Positions 31,001-48,419 of a DNA stretch of 64,000 nucleotides are shown here, in pieces (position 1 is the first letter of the stretch; each line of letters begins with the position of its first letter). The stretch spans positions 416,392,001 through 416,456,000 of the forward strand of contig OZ024740.1 of assembly GCA_964016885.1 (NCBI GenBank), in the 5' to 3' direction. The translations under genes and the position numbers were made by a program. The notes beneath the pieces were generated by a model. The model worked only from the letters and a program-made list of their open reading frames with translations, had not been told where the DNA came from and ran no database searches. Source of the stretch: Eledone cirrhosa (lineage: Eukaryota).

Positions 31001-34000
31001 AGGATATTACCATACTCATTACACGTTATCATTAAAAGGATATTACCATACTCATTACACTTTATCATTAAAAGGCTATTACCATACGCATTATACGTTA
31101 TCATTAAAAGGATATTACCATACTCATTACACGTTATCACTAAAAGGATATTACCATACTCATTACACTTTATCATTAAAAGGATATTACCATACTCATT
31201 ACACTTTATCACTAAAAGGATATTACCATACTCATTACACTTTATCATTAAAAGGCTATTACCATACGCATTACAATTTATCATTAAAAGGATATTACCA
31301 TACTCATTACACGTTATCATTAAAAGGATATTACCATACTCATTACACTTTATAATTAAAAGGCTATTACCATACTCATTACACTTTATCACTAAAAGGA
31401 TATTACCATACTCATTACACTTTATCATTAAAAGGCTATTACCTTACTCATTACACTTTATCATTAAAAGGATATTACCATACTCATTACACTTTATCAT
31501 TAAAAGGATATTACCATACTCATTACACGTTATCACTAAAAGGATATTACCATACTCATTACACTTTATCACTAAAAGGCTATTACCTTACTCATTACAC
31601 TTTATCATTAAAAGGATATTACCATACTCATTACACTTTATCATTAAAAGGCTATTACCTTACTCATTACACTTTATCATTAAAAGGATATTACCATACT
31701 CATTACACTTTATCATTAAAAGGATATTACCATACTCATTACACGTTATCACTAAAAGGATATTACCATACTCATTACACTTTATCACTAAAAGGCTATT
31801 ACCTTACTCATTACACTTTATCATTAAAAGGATATTACCATACTCATTACACTTTATCATTAAAAGGATATTACCATACTCATTACACGTTATCACTAAA
31901 AGGATATTACCATACTCATTACACGTTATCACTAAAAGGCTATTACCATACTCATTACACTTTATCACTAAAAGGATATTACCATACTCATTACACTTTA
32001 TCATTAAAAGGATATTACCATACTCATTACACTTTATCATTAAAAGGATATTACCATACTCATTACACTTTATTATTAAAAGGATATTACCATACTCATA
32101 ACACTTTATCATTAAAAGGATATTACCATACTCATTACATGTTATCATTAAAAGGATATTACCATACTCATTACACGTTATCACTAAAAGGATATTACCA
32201 TACTCATTACACTTTATCATTAAAAGGATATTACCATACTCATTACACGTTATCACTAAAAGGATATTACCATACTCATTACACTTTATCATTAAAAGGA
32301 TATTACCATACTCATTACACTTTATCATTAAAAGGATATTACCATACTCATTACACGTTATCACTAAAAGGATATTACCATACTCATTACACTTTATCAT
32401 TGAAAGGATATTACCATACTCATTACACGTTATCACTAAAAGGATACTACCATACTCATTACACTTTATCATTAAAAGGATATTACCATACTCATTACAT
32501 GTTATCATTAAAAGGATATTACCACACTCATTACACGTTATCACTAAAAGGATATTACCATACTCATTACACTTTATAATTAAAAGGCTATTACCATACT
32601 CATTACACGTTATCACTAAAAGGATATTACCATACTCATTACACTTTATCATTAAAAGGATATTACCATACTCATTACACTTTATCATTAAAAGGATATT
32701 ACCATACTCATTACACGTTATCACTAAAAGGATATTACCATACTCATTACACTTTATCATTGAAAGGATATTACCATACTCATTACACGTTATCACTAAA
32801 AGGATACTACCATACTCATTACACTTTATCATTAAAAGGATATTACCATACTCATTACATGTTATCATTAAAAGGATATTACCACACTCATTACACGTTA
32901 TCACTAAAAGTATATTACCATACTCATTACACTTTATAATTAAAAGGCTATTACCATACTCATTACACTTTATCACTAAAAGGATATTACCATACTCATT
33001 ACACTTTATCATTGAAAGGATATTACCATACTCATTACACGTTATCACTAAAAGGATACTACCATACTCATTACACTTTATCATTAAAAGGATATTACCA
33101 TACTCATTACATGTTATCATTAAAAGGATATTACCACACTCATTACACGTTATCACTAAAAGGATATTACCATACTCATTACACTTTATAATTAAAAGGC
33201 TATTACCATACTCATTACACGTTATCACTAAAAGGATATTACCATACTCATTACACTTTATCATTAAAAGGATATTACCATACTCATTACACTTTATCAT
33301 TAAAAGGATATTACCATACTCATTACACGTTATCACTAAAAGGATATTACCATACTCATTACACTTTATCATTGAAAGGATATTACCATACTCATTACAC
33401 GTTATCACTAAAAGGATACTACCATACTCATTACACTTTATCATTAAAAGGATATTACCATACTCATTACATGTTATCATTAAAAGGATATTACCACACT
33501 CATTACACGTTATCACTAAAAGGATATTACCATACTCATTACACTTTATAATTAAAAGGCTATTACCATACTCATTACACTTTATCACTAAAAGGATATT
33601 ACCATACTCATTACACTTTATCATTAAAAGGCTATTACCATACGCATTACAATTTATCATTAAAAGGATATTACCATACTCATTACACGTTATCATTAAA
33701 AGGATATTACCATACTCATTACACTTTATAATTAAAAGGCTATTACCATACTCATTACACTTTATCACTAAAAGGATATTACCATGCTCATTACACTTTA
33801 TCATTAAAAGGCTATTACCTTACTCATTACACTTTATCATTAAAAGGATATTACCATACTCATTACACTTTATCATTAAAAGGATATTACCATACTCATT
33901 ACACGTTATCACTAAAAGGATATTACCATACTCATTACACTTTATCACTAAAAGGCTATTACCTTACTCATTACACTTTATCATTAAAAGGATATTACCA

Positions 34001-37000
34001 TACTCATTACACTTTATCATTAAAAGGCTATTACCTTACTCATTACACTTTATCATTAAAAGGATATTACCATACTCATTACACTTTATCATTAAAAGGA
34101 TATTACCATACTCATTACACGTTATCACTAAAAGGATATTACCATACTCATTACACTTTATCACTAAAAGGCTATTACCTTACTCATTACACTTTATCAT
34201 TAAAAGGATATTACCATACTCATTACACTTTATCATTAAAAGGATATTACCATACTCATTACACGTTATCACTAAAAGGATATTACCATACTCATTACAC
34301 GTTATCACTAAAAGGCTATTACCATACTCATTACACTTTATCACTAAAAGGATATTACCATACTCATTACACTTTATCATTAAAAGGATATTACCATACT
34401 CATTACACTTTATCATTAAAAGGATATTACCATACTCATTACACTTTATCATTAAAAGGATATTACCATACTCATAACACTTTATCATTAAAAGGATATT
34501 ACCATACTCATTACACGTTATCACTAAAAGGATATTACCATACTCATTACACTTTATCATTAAAAGGATATTACCATACTCATTACATGTTATCATTAAA
34601 AGGATATTACCATACTCATTACACGTTATCACTAAAAGGATATTACCATACTCATTACACTTTATCATTAAAAGGATATTACCATACTCATTACACGTTA
34701 TCACTAAAAGAATATTACCATACTCATTACACTTTATCATTAAAAGGATATTACCATACTCATTACACTTTATCATTAAAAGGATATTACCATACTCATT
34801 ACACGTTATCACTAAAAGGATATTACCATACTCATTACACTTTATCATTAAAAGGATATTACCATACTCATTACACTTTATCATTAAAAGGATATTACCA
34901 TACTCATTACACGTTATCACTAAAAGGATATTACCATACTCATTACACTTTATCATTGAAAGGATATTACCATACTCATTACACGTTATCACTAAAAGGA
35001 TACTACCATACTCATTACACTTTATCATTAAAAGGATATTACCATACTCATTACATGTTATCATTAAAAGGATATTACCACACTCATTACACGTTATCAC
35101 TAAAAGGATATTACCATACTCATTACACTTTATAATTAAAAGGCTATTACCATACTCATTACACTTTATCACTAAAAGGATATTACCATACTCATTACAC
35201 TTTATCAATAAAAGGATATTACCATACTCATTACACGTTATCACTAAAAGGATATTACCATACTCATTAAACTTTATAATTAAAAGGCTATTACCATACT
35301 CATTACATTTTATCACTAAAAGGATATTACCATACTCATTACACGTTATCAATAAAAGGATATTACCATACTCATTACACGTTATCATTAAAAGGATATT
35401 ACCATACTCATTACACTTTATCATTAAAAGGCTATTACCATACGCATTATACGTTATCATTAAAAGGATATTACCATACTCATTACACGTTATCACTAAA
35501 AGGATATTACCATACTCATTACACTTTATCATTAAAAGGATATTACCATACTCATTACACTTTATCACTAAAAGGATATTACCATACTCATTACACTTTA
35601 TCATTAAAAGGCTATTACCATACGCATTACAATTTATCATTAAAAGGATATTACCATACTCATTACACGTTATCATTAAAAGGATATTACCATACTCATT
35701 ACACTTTATAATTAAAAGGCTATTACCATACTCATTACACTTTATCACTAAAAGGATATTACCATACTCATTACACTTTATCATTAAAAGGCTATTACCT
35801 TACTCATTACACTTTATCATTAAAAGGATATTACCATACTCATTACACTTTATCATTAAAAGGATATTACCATACTCATTACACGTTATCACTAAAAGGA
35901 TATTACCATACTCATTACACTTTATCACTAAAAGGCTATTACCTTACTCATTACACTTTATCATTAAAAGGATATTACCATACTCATTACACTTTATCAT
36001 TAAAAGGCTATTACCTTACTCATTACACTTTATCATTAAAAGGATATTACCATACTCATTACACTTTATCATTAAAAGGATATTACCATACTCATTACAC
36101 GTTATCACTAAAAGGATATTACCATACTCATTACACTTTATCACTAAAAGGCTATTACCTTACTCATTACACTTTATCATTAAAAGGATATTACCATACT
36201 CATTACACTTTATCATTAAAAGGATATTACCATACTCATTACACGTTATCACTAAAAGGATATTACCATACTCATTACACGTTATCACTAAAAGGCTATT
36301 ACCATACTCATTACACTTTATCACTAAAAGGATATTACCATACTCATTACACTTTATCATTAAAAGGATATTACCATACTCATTACACTTTATCATTAAA
36401 AGGATATTACCATACTCATTACACTTTATCATTAAAAGGATATTACCATACTCATAACACTTTATCATTAAAAGGATATTACCATACTCATTACACGTTA
36501 TCACTAAAAGGATATTACCATACTCATTACACTTTATCATTAAAAGGATATTACCATACTCATTACATGTTATCATTAAAAGGATATTACCATACTCATT
36601 ACACGTTATCACTAAAAGGATATTACCATACTCATTACACTTTATCATTAAAAGGATATTACCATACTCATTACACATTATCACTAAAAGGATATTACCA
36701 TACTCATTACACTTTATCATTAAAAGGATATTACCATACTCATTACACTTTATCATTAAAAGGATATTACCATACTCATTACACGTTATCACTAAAAGGA
36801 TATTACCATACTCATTACACTTTATCATTGAAAGGATATTACCATACTCATTACACGTTATCACTAAAAGGATACTACCATACTCATTACACTTTAACAT
36901 TAAAAGGATATTACCATACTCATTACATGTTATCATTAAAAGGATATTACCACACTCATTACACGTTATCACTAAAAGGATATTACCATACTCATTACAC

Positions 37001-40000
37001 TTTATAATTAAAAGGCTATTACCATACTCATTACACGTTATCACTAAAAGGATATTACCATACTCATTACACTTTATCATTAAAAGGATATTACCATACT
37101 CATTACACTTTATCATTAAAAGGATATTACCATACTCATTACACGTTATCACTAAAAGGATATTACCATACTCATTACACTTTATCATTGAAAGGATATT
37201 ACCATACTCATTACACGTTATCACTAAAAGGATACTACCATACTCATTACACTTTATCATTAAAAGGATATTACCATACTCATTACATGTTATCATTAAA
37301 AGGATATTACCACACTCATTACACGTTATCACTAAAAGGATATTACCATACTCATTACACTTTATAATTAAAAGGCTATTACCATACTCATTACACTTTA
37401 TCACTAAAAGGATATTACCATACTCATTACACTTTATCAATAAAAGGATATTACCATACTCATTATACGTTATCACTAAAAGGATATTACCATACTCATT
37501 AAACTTTATAATTAAAAGGCTATTACCATACTCATTACATTTTATCACTAAAAGGATATTACCATACTCATTACACGTTATCAATAAAAGGATATTACCA
37601 TACTCATTACACGTTATCATTAAAAGGATATTACCATACTCATTACACTTTATCATTAAAAGGCTATTACCATACGCATTATACGTTATCATTAAAAGGA
37701 TATTACCATACTCATTACACGTTATCACTAAAAGGATATTACCATACTCATTACACTTTATCATTAAAAGGATATTACCATACTCATTACACTTTATCAC
37801 TAAAAGGATGTTACCATACTCATTACACTTTATCATTAAAAGGCTATTACCATACGCATTACAATTTATCATTAAAAGGATATTACCATACTCATTACAC
37901 GTTATCATTAAAAGGATATTACCATACTCATTACACTTTATAATTAAAAGGCTATTACCATACTCATTACACTTTATCACTAAAAGGATATTACCATACT
38001 CATTACACTTTATCATTAAAAGGCTATTACCTTACTCATTACACTTTATCATTAAAAGGATATTACCATACTCATTACACTTTATCATTAAAAGGATATT
38101 ACCATACTCATTACACGTTATCACTAAAAGGATATTACCATACTCATTACACTTTATCACTAAAAGGCTATTACCTTACTCATTACACTTTATCATTAAA
38201 AGGATATTACCATACTCATTACAGTTTATCATTAAAAGGCTATTACCTTACTCATTACACTTTATCATTAAAAGGATATTACCATACTCATTACACTTTA
38301 TCATTAAAAGGATATTATCATACTCATTACACGTTATCACTAAAAGGATATTACCATACTCATTACACTTTATCACTAAAAGGCTATTACCTTACTCATT
38401 ACACTTTATCATTAAAAGGATATTACCATACTCATTACACTTTATCATTAAAAGGATATTACCATACTCATTACACGTTATCACTAAAAGGATATTACCA
38501 TACTCATTACACGTTATCACTAAAAGGCTATTACCATACTCATTACACTTTATCACTAAAAGGATATTACCATACTCATTACACTTTATCATTAAAAGGA
38601 TATTACCATACTCATTACACTTTATCATTAAAAGGATATTACCATACTCATTACACTTTATCATTAAAAGGACATTACCATACTCATAACACTTTATCAT
38701 TAAAAGGATATTACCATACTCATTACACGTTATCACTAAAAGGATATTACCATACTCATTACACTTTATCATTAAAAGGATATTACCATACTCATTACAT
38801 GTTATCATTAAAAGGATATTACCATACTCATTACACGTTATCACTAAAAGGATATTACCATACTCATTACACTTTATCATTAAAAGGATATTACCATACT
38901 CATTACACATTATCACTAAAAGGATATTACCATACTCATTACACTTTATCATTAAAAGGATATTACCATACTCATTACACTTTATCATTAAAAGGATATT
39001 ACCATACTCATTACACGTTATCACTAAAAGGATATTACCATACTCATTACACTTTATCATTGAAAGGATATTACCATACTCATTACACGTTATCACTAAA
39101 AGGATACTACCATACTCATTACACTTTATCATTAAAAGGATATTACCATACTCATTACATGTTATCATTAAAAGGATATTACCACACTCATTACACGTTA
39201 TCACTAAAAGGATATTACCATACTCATTACACTTTATAATTAAAAGGCTATTACCATACTCATTACACGTTATCACTAAAAGGATATTACCATACTCATT
39301 ACACTTTATCATTAAAAGGATATTACCATACTCATTACACTTTATCATTAAAAGGATATTACCATACTCATTACACGTTATCACTAAAAGGATATTACCA
39401 TACTCATTACACTTTATCATTGAAAGGATATTACCATACTCATTACACGTTATCACTAAAAGGATACTACCATACTCATTACACTTTATCATTAAAAGGA
39501 TATTACCATACTCATTACATGTTATCATTAAAAGGATATTACCACACTCATTACACGTTATCACTAAAAGGATATTACCATACTCATTACACTTTATAAT
39601 TAAAAGGCTATTACCATACTCATTACACTTTATCACTAAAAGGATATTACCATACTCATTACACTTTATCAATAAAAGGATATTACCATACTCATTATAC
39701 GTTATCACTAAAAGGATATTACCATACTCATTAAACTTTATAATTAAAAGGCTATTACCATACTCATTACATTTTATCACTAAAAGGATATTACCATACT
39801 CATTACACGTTATCAATAAAAGGATATTACCATACTCATTACACGTTATCATTAAAAGGATATTACCATACTCATTACACTTTATCATTAAAAGGCTATT
39901 ATCATACGCATTATACGTTATCATTAAAAGGATATTACCATACTCATTACACGTTATCACTAAAAGGATATTACCATACTCATTACACTTTATCATTAAA

Positions 40001-43000
40001 AGGATATTACCATACTCATTACACTTTATCACTAAAAGGATGTTACCATACACATTACACTTTATCATTAAAAGGCTATTACCATACTCATTACACGTTA
40101 TCATTAAAAGGATATTACCATACTCATTACACTTTATAATTAAAAGGCTATTACCATACTCATTACACTTTATCACTAAAAGGATATTACCATACTCATT
40201 ACACTTTATCATTAAAAGGCTATTACCTTACTCATTACACTTTATCATTAAAAGGATATTACCATACTCATTACACTTTATCATTAAAAGGATATTACCA
40301 TACTCATTACACGTTATCACTAAAAGGATATTACCATACTCATTACACTTTATCACTAAAAGGCTATTACCTTACTCATTACACTTTATCATTAAAAGGA
40401 TATTACCATACTCATTACACTTTATCATTAAAAGGCTATTACCTTACTCATTACACTTTATCATTAAAAGGATATTACCATACTCATTACACTTTATCAT
40501 TAAAAGGATATTACCATACTCATTACACGTTATCACTAAAAGGATATTACCATACTCATTACACTTTATCACTAAAAGGCTATTACCTTACTCATTACAC
40601 TTTATCATTAAAAGGATATTACCATACTCATTACACTTTATCATTAAAAGGATATTACCATACTCATTACACGTTATCACTAAAAGGATATTACCATACT
40701 CATTACACGTTATCACTAAAAGGCTATTACCATACTCATTACACTTTATCACTAAAAGGATATTACCATACTCATTACACTTTATCATTAAAAGGATATT
40801 ACCATACTCATTACACTTTATCATTAAAAGGATATTACCATACTCATTACACTTTATCATTAAAAGGATATTACCATACTCATAACACTTTATCATTAAA
40901 AGGATATTACCATACTCATTACACGTTATCACTAAAAGGATATTACCATACTCATTACACTTTATCATTAAAAGGATATTACCATACTCATTACATGTTA
41001 TCATTAAAAGGATATTACCATACTCATTACACGTTATCACTAAAAGGATATTACCATACTCATTACACTTTATCATTAAAAGGATATTACCATACTCATT
41101 ACACGTTATCACTAAAAGAATATTACCATACTCATTACACTTTATCATTAAAAGGATATTACCATACTCATTACACTTTATCATTAAAAGGATATTACCA
41201 TACTCATTACACGTTATCACTAAAAGGATATTACCATACTCATTACACTTTATCATTAAAAGGATATTACCATACTCATTACACTTTATCATTAAAAGGA
41301 TATTACCATACTCATTACACGTTATCACTAAAAGGATATTACCATACTCATTACACTTTATCATTGAAAGGATATTACCATACTCATTACACGTTATCAC
41401 TAAAAGGATACTACCATACTCATTACACTTTATCATTAAAAGGATATTACCATACTCATTACATGTTATCATTAAAAGGATATTACCACACTCATTACAC
41501 GTTATCACTAAAAGGATATTACCATACTCATTACACTTTATAATTAAAAGGCTATTACCATACTCATTACACTTTATCACTAAAAGGATATTACCATACT
41601 CATTACACTTTATCAATAAAAGGATATTACCATACTCATTACACGTTATCACTAAAAGGATATTACCATACTCATTAAACTTTATAATTAAAAGGCTATT
41701 ACCATACTCATTACATTTTATCACTAAAAGGATATTACCATACTCATTACACGTTATCAATAAAAGGATATTACCATACTCATTACACGTTATCATTAAA
41801 AGGATATTACCATACTCATTACACTTTATCATTAAAAGGCTATTACCATACGCATTATACGTTATCATTAAAAGGATATTACCATACTCATTACACGTTA
41901 TCACTAAAAGGATATTACCATACTCATTACACTTTATCATTAAAAGGATATTACCATACTCATTACACTTTATCACTAAAAGGATATTACCATACTCATT
42001 ACACTTTATAATTAAAAGGCTATTACCATACGCATTATACGTTATCATTAAAAGGATATTACCATACTCATTACACGTTATCACTAAAAGGATATTACCA
42101 TACTCATTACACTTTATCATTAAAAGGATATTACCATACTCATTACACTTTATCATTAAAAGGATATTACCATACTCATTACACGTTATCACTAAAAGGA
42201 TATTACCATACTCATTACACTTTATCACTAAAAGGCTATTACCTTACTCATTACACTTTATCATTAAAAGGATATTACCATACTCATTACACTTTATCAT
42301 TAAAAGGATATTACCATACTCATTACACGTTATCACTAAAAGGATATTACCATACTCATTACACGTTATCACTAAAAGGCTATTACCATACTCATTACAC
42401 TTTATCACTAAAAGGATATTACCATACTCATTACACTTTATCATTAAAAGGATATTACCATACTCATTACACTTTATCATTAAAAGGATATTACCATACT
42501 CATTACACTTTATCATTAAAAGGATATTACCATACTCATAACACTTTATCATTAAAAGGATATTACCATACTCATTACACGTTATCACTAAAAGGATATT
42601 ACCATACTCATTACACTTTATCATTAAAAGGATATTACCATACTCATTACATGTTATCATTAAAAGGATATTACCATACTCATTACACGTTATCACTAAA
42701 AGGATATTACCATACTCATTACACTTTATCATTAAAAGGATATTACCATACTCATTACACGTTATCACTAAAAGGATATTACCATACTCATTACACTTTA
42801 TCATTAAAAGGATATTACCATACTCATTACACTTTATCATTAAAAGGATATTACCATACTCATTACACGTTATCACTAAAAGGATATTACCATACTCATT
42901 ACACTTTATCATTGAAAGGATATTACCATACTCATTACACGTTATCACTAAAAGGATATTACCATACTCATTACACTTTATCATTAAAAGGATATTACCA

Positions 43001-46000
43001 TACTCATTACATGTTATCATTAAAAGGATATTACCACACTCATTACACGTTATCACTAAAAAGATATTACCATACTCATTACACTTTATAATTAAAAGGC
43101 TATTACCATACTCATTACACGTTATCACTAAAAGGATATTACCATACTCATTACACTTTATCATTAAAAGGATATTACCATACTCATTACACTTTATCAT
43201 TAAAAGGATATTACCATACTCATTACACGTTATCACTAAAAGGATATTACCATACTCATTACACTTTATCATTGAAAGGATATTACCATACTCATTACAC
43301 GTTATCACTAAAAGGATACTACCATACTCATTACACTTTATCATTAAAAGGATATTACCATACTCATTACATGTTATCATTAAAAGGATATTACCACACT
43401 CATTACACGTTATCACTAAAAGGATATTACCATACTCATTACACTTTATAATTAAAAGGCTATTACCATACTCATTACACTTTATCACTAAAAGGATATT
43501 ACCATACTCATTACACTTTATCAATAAAAGGATATTACCATACTCATTACACGTTATCACTAAAAGGATATTACCATACTCATTAAACTTTATAATTAAA
43601 AGGCTATTACCATACTCATTACATTTTATCACTAAAAGGATATTACCATACTCATTACACGTTATCAATAAAAGGATATTACCATACTCATTACACGTTA
43701 TCATTAAAAGGATATTACCATACTCATTACACTTTATCATTAAAAGGCTATTACCATACGCATTATACGTTATCATTAAAAGGATATTACCATACTCATT
43801 ACACGTTATCACTAAAAGGATATTACCATACTCATTACACTTTATCATTAAAAGGATATTACCATACTCATTACACTTTATCACTAAAAGGATGTTACCA
43901 TACTCATTACACTTTATCATTAAAAGGCTATTACCATACGCATTACAATTTATCATTAAAAGGATATTACCATACTCATTACACGTTATCATTAAAAGGA
44001 TATTACCATACTCATTACACTTTATAATTAAAAGGCTATTACCATACTCATTACACTTTATCACTAAAAGGATATTACCATACTCATTACACTTTATCAT
44101 TAAAAGGCTATTACCTTACTCATTACACTTTATCATTAAAAGGATATTACCATACTCATTACACTTTATCATTAAAAGGATATTACCATACTCATTACAC
44201 GTTATCACTAAAAGGATATTACCATACTCATTACACTTTATCACTAAAAGGCTATTACCTTACTCATTACACTTTATCATTAAAAGGATATTACCATACT
44301 CATTACACTTTATCATTAAAAGGCTATTACCTTACTCATTACACTTTATCATTAAAAGGATATTACCATACTCATTACACTTTATCATTAAAAGGATATT
44401 ACCATACTCATTACACGTTATCACTAAAAGGATATTACCATACTCATTACACTTTATCACTAAAAGGCTATTACCTTACTCATTACACTTTATCATTAAA
44501 AGGATATTACCATACTCATTACACTTTATCATTAAAAGGATATTACCATACTCATTACACGTTATCACTAAAAGGATATTACCATACTCATTACACGTTA
44601 TCACTAAAAGGCTATTACCATACTCATTACACTTTATCACTAAAAGGATATTACCATACTCATTACACTTTATCATTAAAAGGATATTACCATACTCATT
44701 ACACTTTATCATTAAAAGGATATTACCATACTCATTACACTTTATCATTAAAAGGATATTACCATACTCATAACACTTTATCATTAAAAGGATATTACCA
44801 TACTCATTACACGTTATCACTAAAAGGATATTACCATACTCATTACACTTTATCATTAAAAGGATATTACCATACTCATTACACGTTATCACTAAAAGAA
44901 TATTACCATACTCATTACACTTTATCATTAAAAGGATATTACCATACTCATTACACTTTATCATTAAAAGGATATTACCATACTCATTACACGTTATCAC
45001 TAAAAGGATATTACCATACTCATTACACTTTATCATTGAAAGGATATTACCATACTCATTACACGTTATCACTAAAAGGATACTACCATACTCATTACAC
45101 TTTATCATTAAAAGGATATTACCATACTCATTACATGTTATCATTAAAAGGATATTACCACACTCATTACACGTTATCACTAAAAGGATATTACCATACT
45201 CATTACACTTTATAATTAAAAGGCTATTACCATACTCATTACACTTTATCACTAAAAGGATATTACCATACTCATTACACTTTATCAATAAAAGGATATT
45301 ACCATACTCATTACACGTTATCACTAAAAGGATATTACCATACTCATTAAACTTTATAATTAAAAGGCTATTACCATACTCATTACATTTTATCACTAAA
45401 AGGATATTACCATACTCATTACACGTTATCAATAAAAGGATATTACCATACTCATTACACGTTATCATTAAAAGGATATTACCATACTCATTACACTTTA
45501 TCATTAAAAGGCTATTACCATACGCATTATACGTTATCATTAAAAGGATATTACCATACTCATTACACGTTATCACTAAAAGGATATTACCATACTCATT
45601 ACACTTTATCATTAAAAGGATATTACCATACTCATTACACTTTATCACTAAAAGGATATTACCATACTCATTACACTTTATCTTTAAAAGGCTATTACCA
45701 TACGCATTACACTTTATCATTAAAAGGATATTACCATACTCATTACACGTTATCATTAAAAGGATATTACCATACTCATTACACTTTATAATTAAAAGGC
45801 TATTACCATACTCATTACACTTTATCACTAAAAGGATATTACCATACTCATTACACTTTATCATTAAAAGGCTATTACCTTACTCATTACACTTTATCAT
45901 TAAAAGGATATTACCATACTCATTACACTTTATCATTAAAAGGATATTACCATACTCATTACACGTTATCACTAAAAGGATATTACCATACTCATTACAC

Positions 46001-46240
46001 TTTATCACTAAAAGGCTATTACCTTACTCATTACACTTTATCATTAAAAGGATATTACCATACTCATTACACTTTATCATTAAAAGGCTATTACCTTACT
46101 CATTACACTTTATCATTAAAAGGATATTACCATACTCATTACACTTTATCATTAAAAGGATATTACCATACTCATTACACGTTATCACTAAAAGGATATT
46201 ACCATACTCATTACACTTTATCACTAAAAGGCTATTACCT
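28009..46240. repeat. Domain A, copy 2: higher-order repeat units of 52, 66, 55, 62, 61, 46, 62, 49 monomers
   Basis: Same ordered markers as 3133-24941. Phase points 29932, 31804, 34180, 36160, 38392, 40588, 42244, 44476, 46240. Rare shared variants TAGCAT 4047/28923 and GGCTACGACC 5916/30791. Confidence 0.92.
29731..29734. other. Single 1-bp deletion (CACTTTATCA to CACTTTTCA), giving the only 35-bp monomer seen
   Basis: Line 29701 reads tcattacact tttcattaaa. All downstream monomer phase shifts by -1, and ORF 26577..30779 switches from the IIKRILPYSLHF to the LSLKGYYHTHYT translation here. Confidence 0.95.
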
Positions 46241-48419
46241 TACTCATTACACTTTATCATTAAAAGGATATTACCATACTCATTACACTTTATCATTAAA
46301 AGGATATTACCATACTCATTACACGTTATCACTAAAAGGATATTACCATACTCATTACACGTTATCACTAAAAGGCTATTACCATACTCATTACACTTTA
46401 TCACTAAAAGGATATTACCATACTCATTGCACTTTATCATTAAAAGGATATTACCATACTCATTACACTTTATCATTAAAAGGATATTACCATACTCATT
46501 ACACGTTATCACTAAAAGGATATTACCATACTCATTACACTTTATCATTAAAAGGATATTACCATACTCATTACATATTATCATTAAAAGGATATTACCA
46601 TACTCATTACACGTTATCACTAAAAGGATATTACCATACTCATTACACTTTATCATTAAAAGGATATTACCATACTCATTACACGTTATCATTAAAAGGA
46701 TATTACCATACTCATTACACGTTATCACTAAAAGGATATTACCATACTCATTACACTTTATCATTAAAAGGATATTACCATACTCATTACACTTTATCAC
46801 TAAAAGGATATTACCATACTCATTACACTTTATCATTAAAAGGATATTACCATACTCATTACACGTTATCATTAAAAGGATATTACCATACTCATTACAC
46901 GTTATCACTAAAAGGATATTACCATACTCATTACACTTTATCATTAAAAGGATATTACCATACTCATTACACTTTATCACTAAAAGGATATTACCATACT
47001 CATTACACTTTATCATTAAAAGGATATTACCATACTCATTACACGTTATCATTAAAAGGATATTACCATACTCATTACACGTTATCACTAAAAGGATATT
47101 ACCATACTCATTACACTTTATCATTAAAAGGATATTACCATACTCATTACACGTTATCACTATAAGGATATTACCATACTCATTACACTTTATCATTAAA
47201 AGGATATTACCATACTCATTACATGTTATCATTAAAAGGATATTACCATACTCATTACATCTTATCATTAAAAGGATATTACCATACTCATTACACGTTA
47301 TCACTAAAAGGATATTACCATACTCATTACACTTTATAATTAAAAGGCTATTACCATACTCATTACACTTTATCACTAAAAGGATATTACCATACTCATT
47401 ACACGTTATCATTAAAAGGATATTACCATACTCATTACACGTCATCATTAAAAGGCTATTACCATACTCATTACACTTTATCACTAAAAGGATATTACCA
47501 TACTCATTACACTTTATCACTAAAAGGATATTACCATACTCATTACACTTTATCACTAAAAGGATATTACCATACTCATTACACTTTATCATTAAAAGGA
47601 TATTACCATACTCATTACACTTTATCATTAAAAGGATATTACCATACTCATTACACGTTATCATTAAAAGGATATTACCATACTCAATACACGTTATCAT
47701 TAAAAGGATATTACCATACTCATTACACTTTATCATTAAAAGGATATTACCATACTCATTACACTTTATCACTAAAAGGATATTACCATACTCATTACAT
47801 TTTATCACTAAAAGGATATTACCATACTCATTACACTTTATCACTAAAAGGATATTACCATACTCATTACACTTTATCACTAAAAGGATATTACCATGCT
47901 CATTACACTTTATCATTAAAAGGATATTACCATACTCATTACACTTTATCATTAAAAGGATATTACCATACTCATTACACGTTATCATTAAAAGGATATT
48001 ACCATACTCATTACACGTTATCATTAAAAGGATATTACCATACTCATTACACGTTATCATTAAAAGGATATTACCATACTCATTACACTTTATCATTAAA
48101 AGGCTATTACCATACTCATTACACTTTATCACTAAAAGGATATTACCATACTCATTACACTTTATCATTAAAAGGCTATTACCATACTCATTACACGTTA
48201 TCATTAAAAGTATATTACCATACTCATTACACGTTATCATTAAAAGGATATTACCATACTCATTACACTTTATCATTAAAAGGATATTACCATACTCATT
48301 ACACTTTATCACTAAAAGTATATTACCATACTCATTACACTTTATAATTAAAAGGCTATTACCATACTCATTACACTTTATCACTAAAAGGATATTACCA
48401 TACTCATTACACTTTATCA
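46241..48419. repeat. Less ordered transition zone with many singleton variants and a local 5-monomer (180-bp) repeat at ~46620-47150
   Basis: Lines 46621-46800 equal 46801-46980, and a third copy is nearly identical. Singletons include ATTGCAC, CTATAAGG, CATCTT, CGTCATC, CTCAATAC. Confidence 0.75.
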
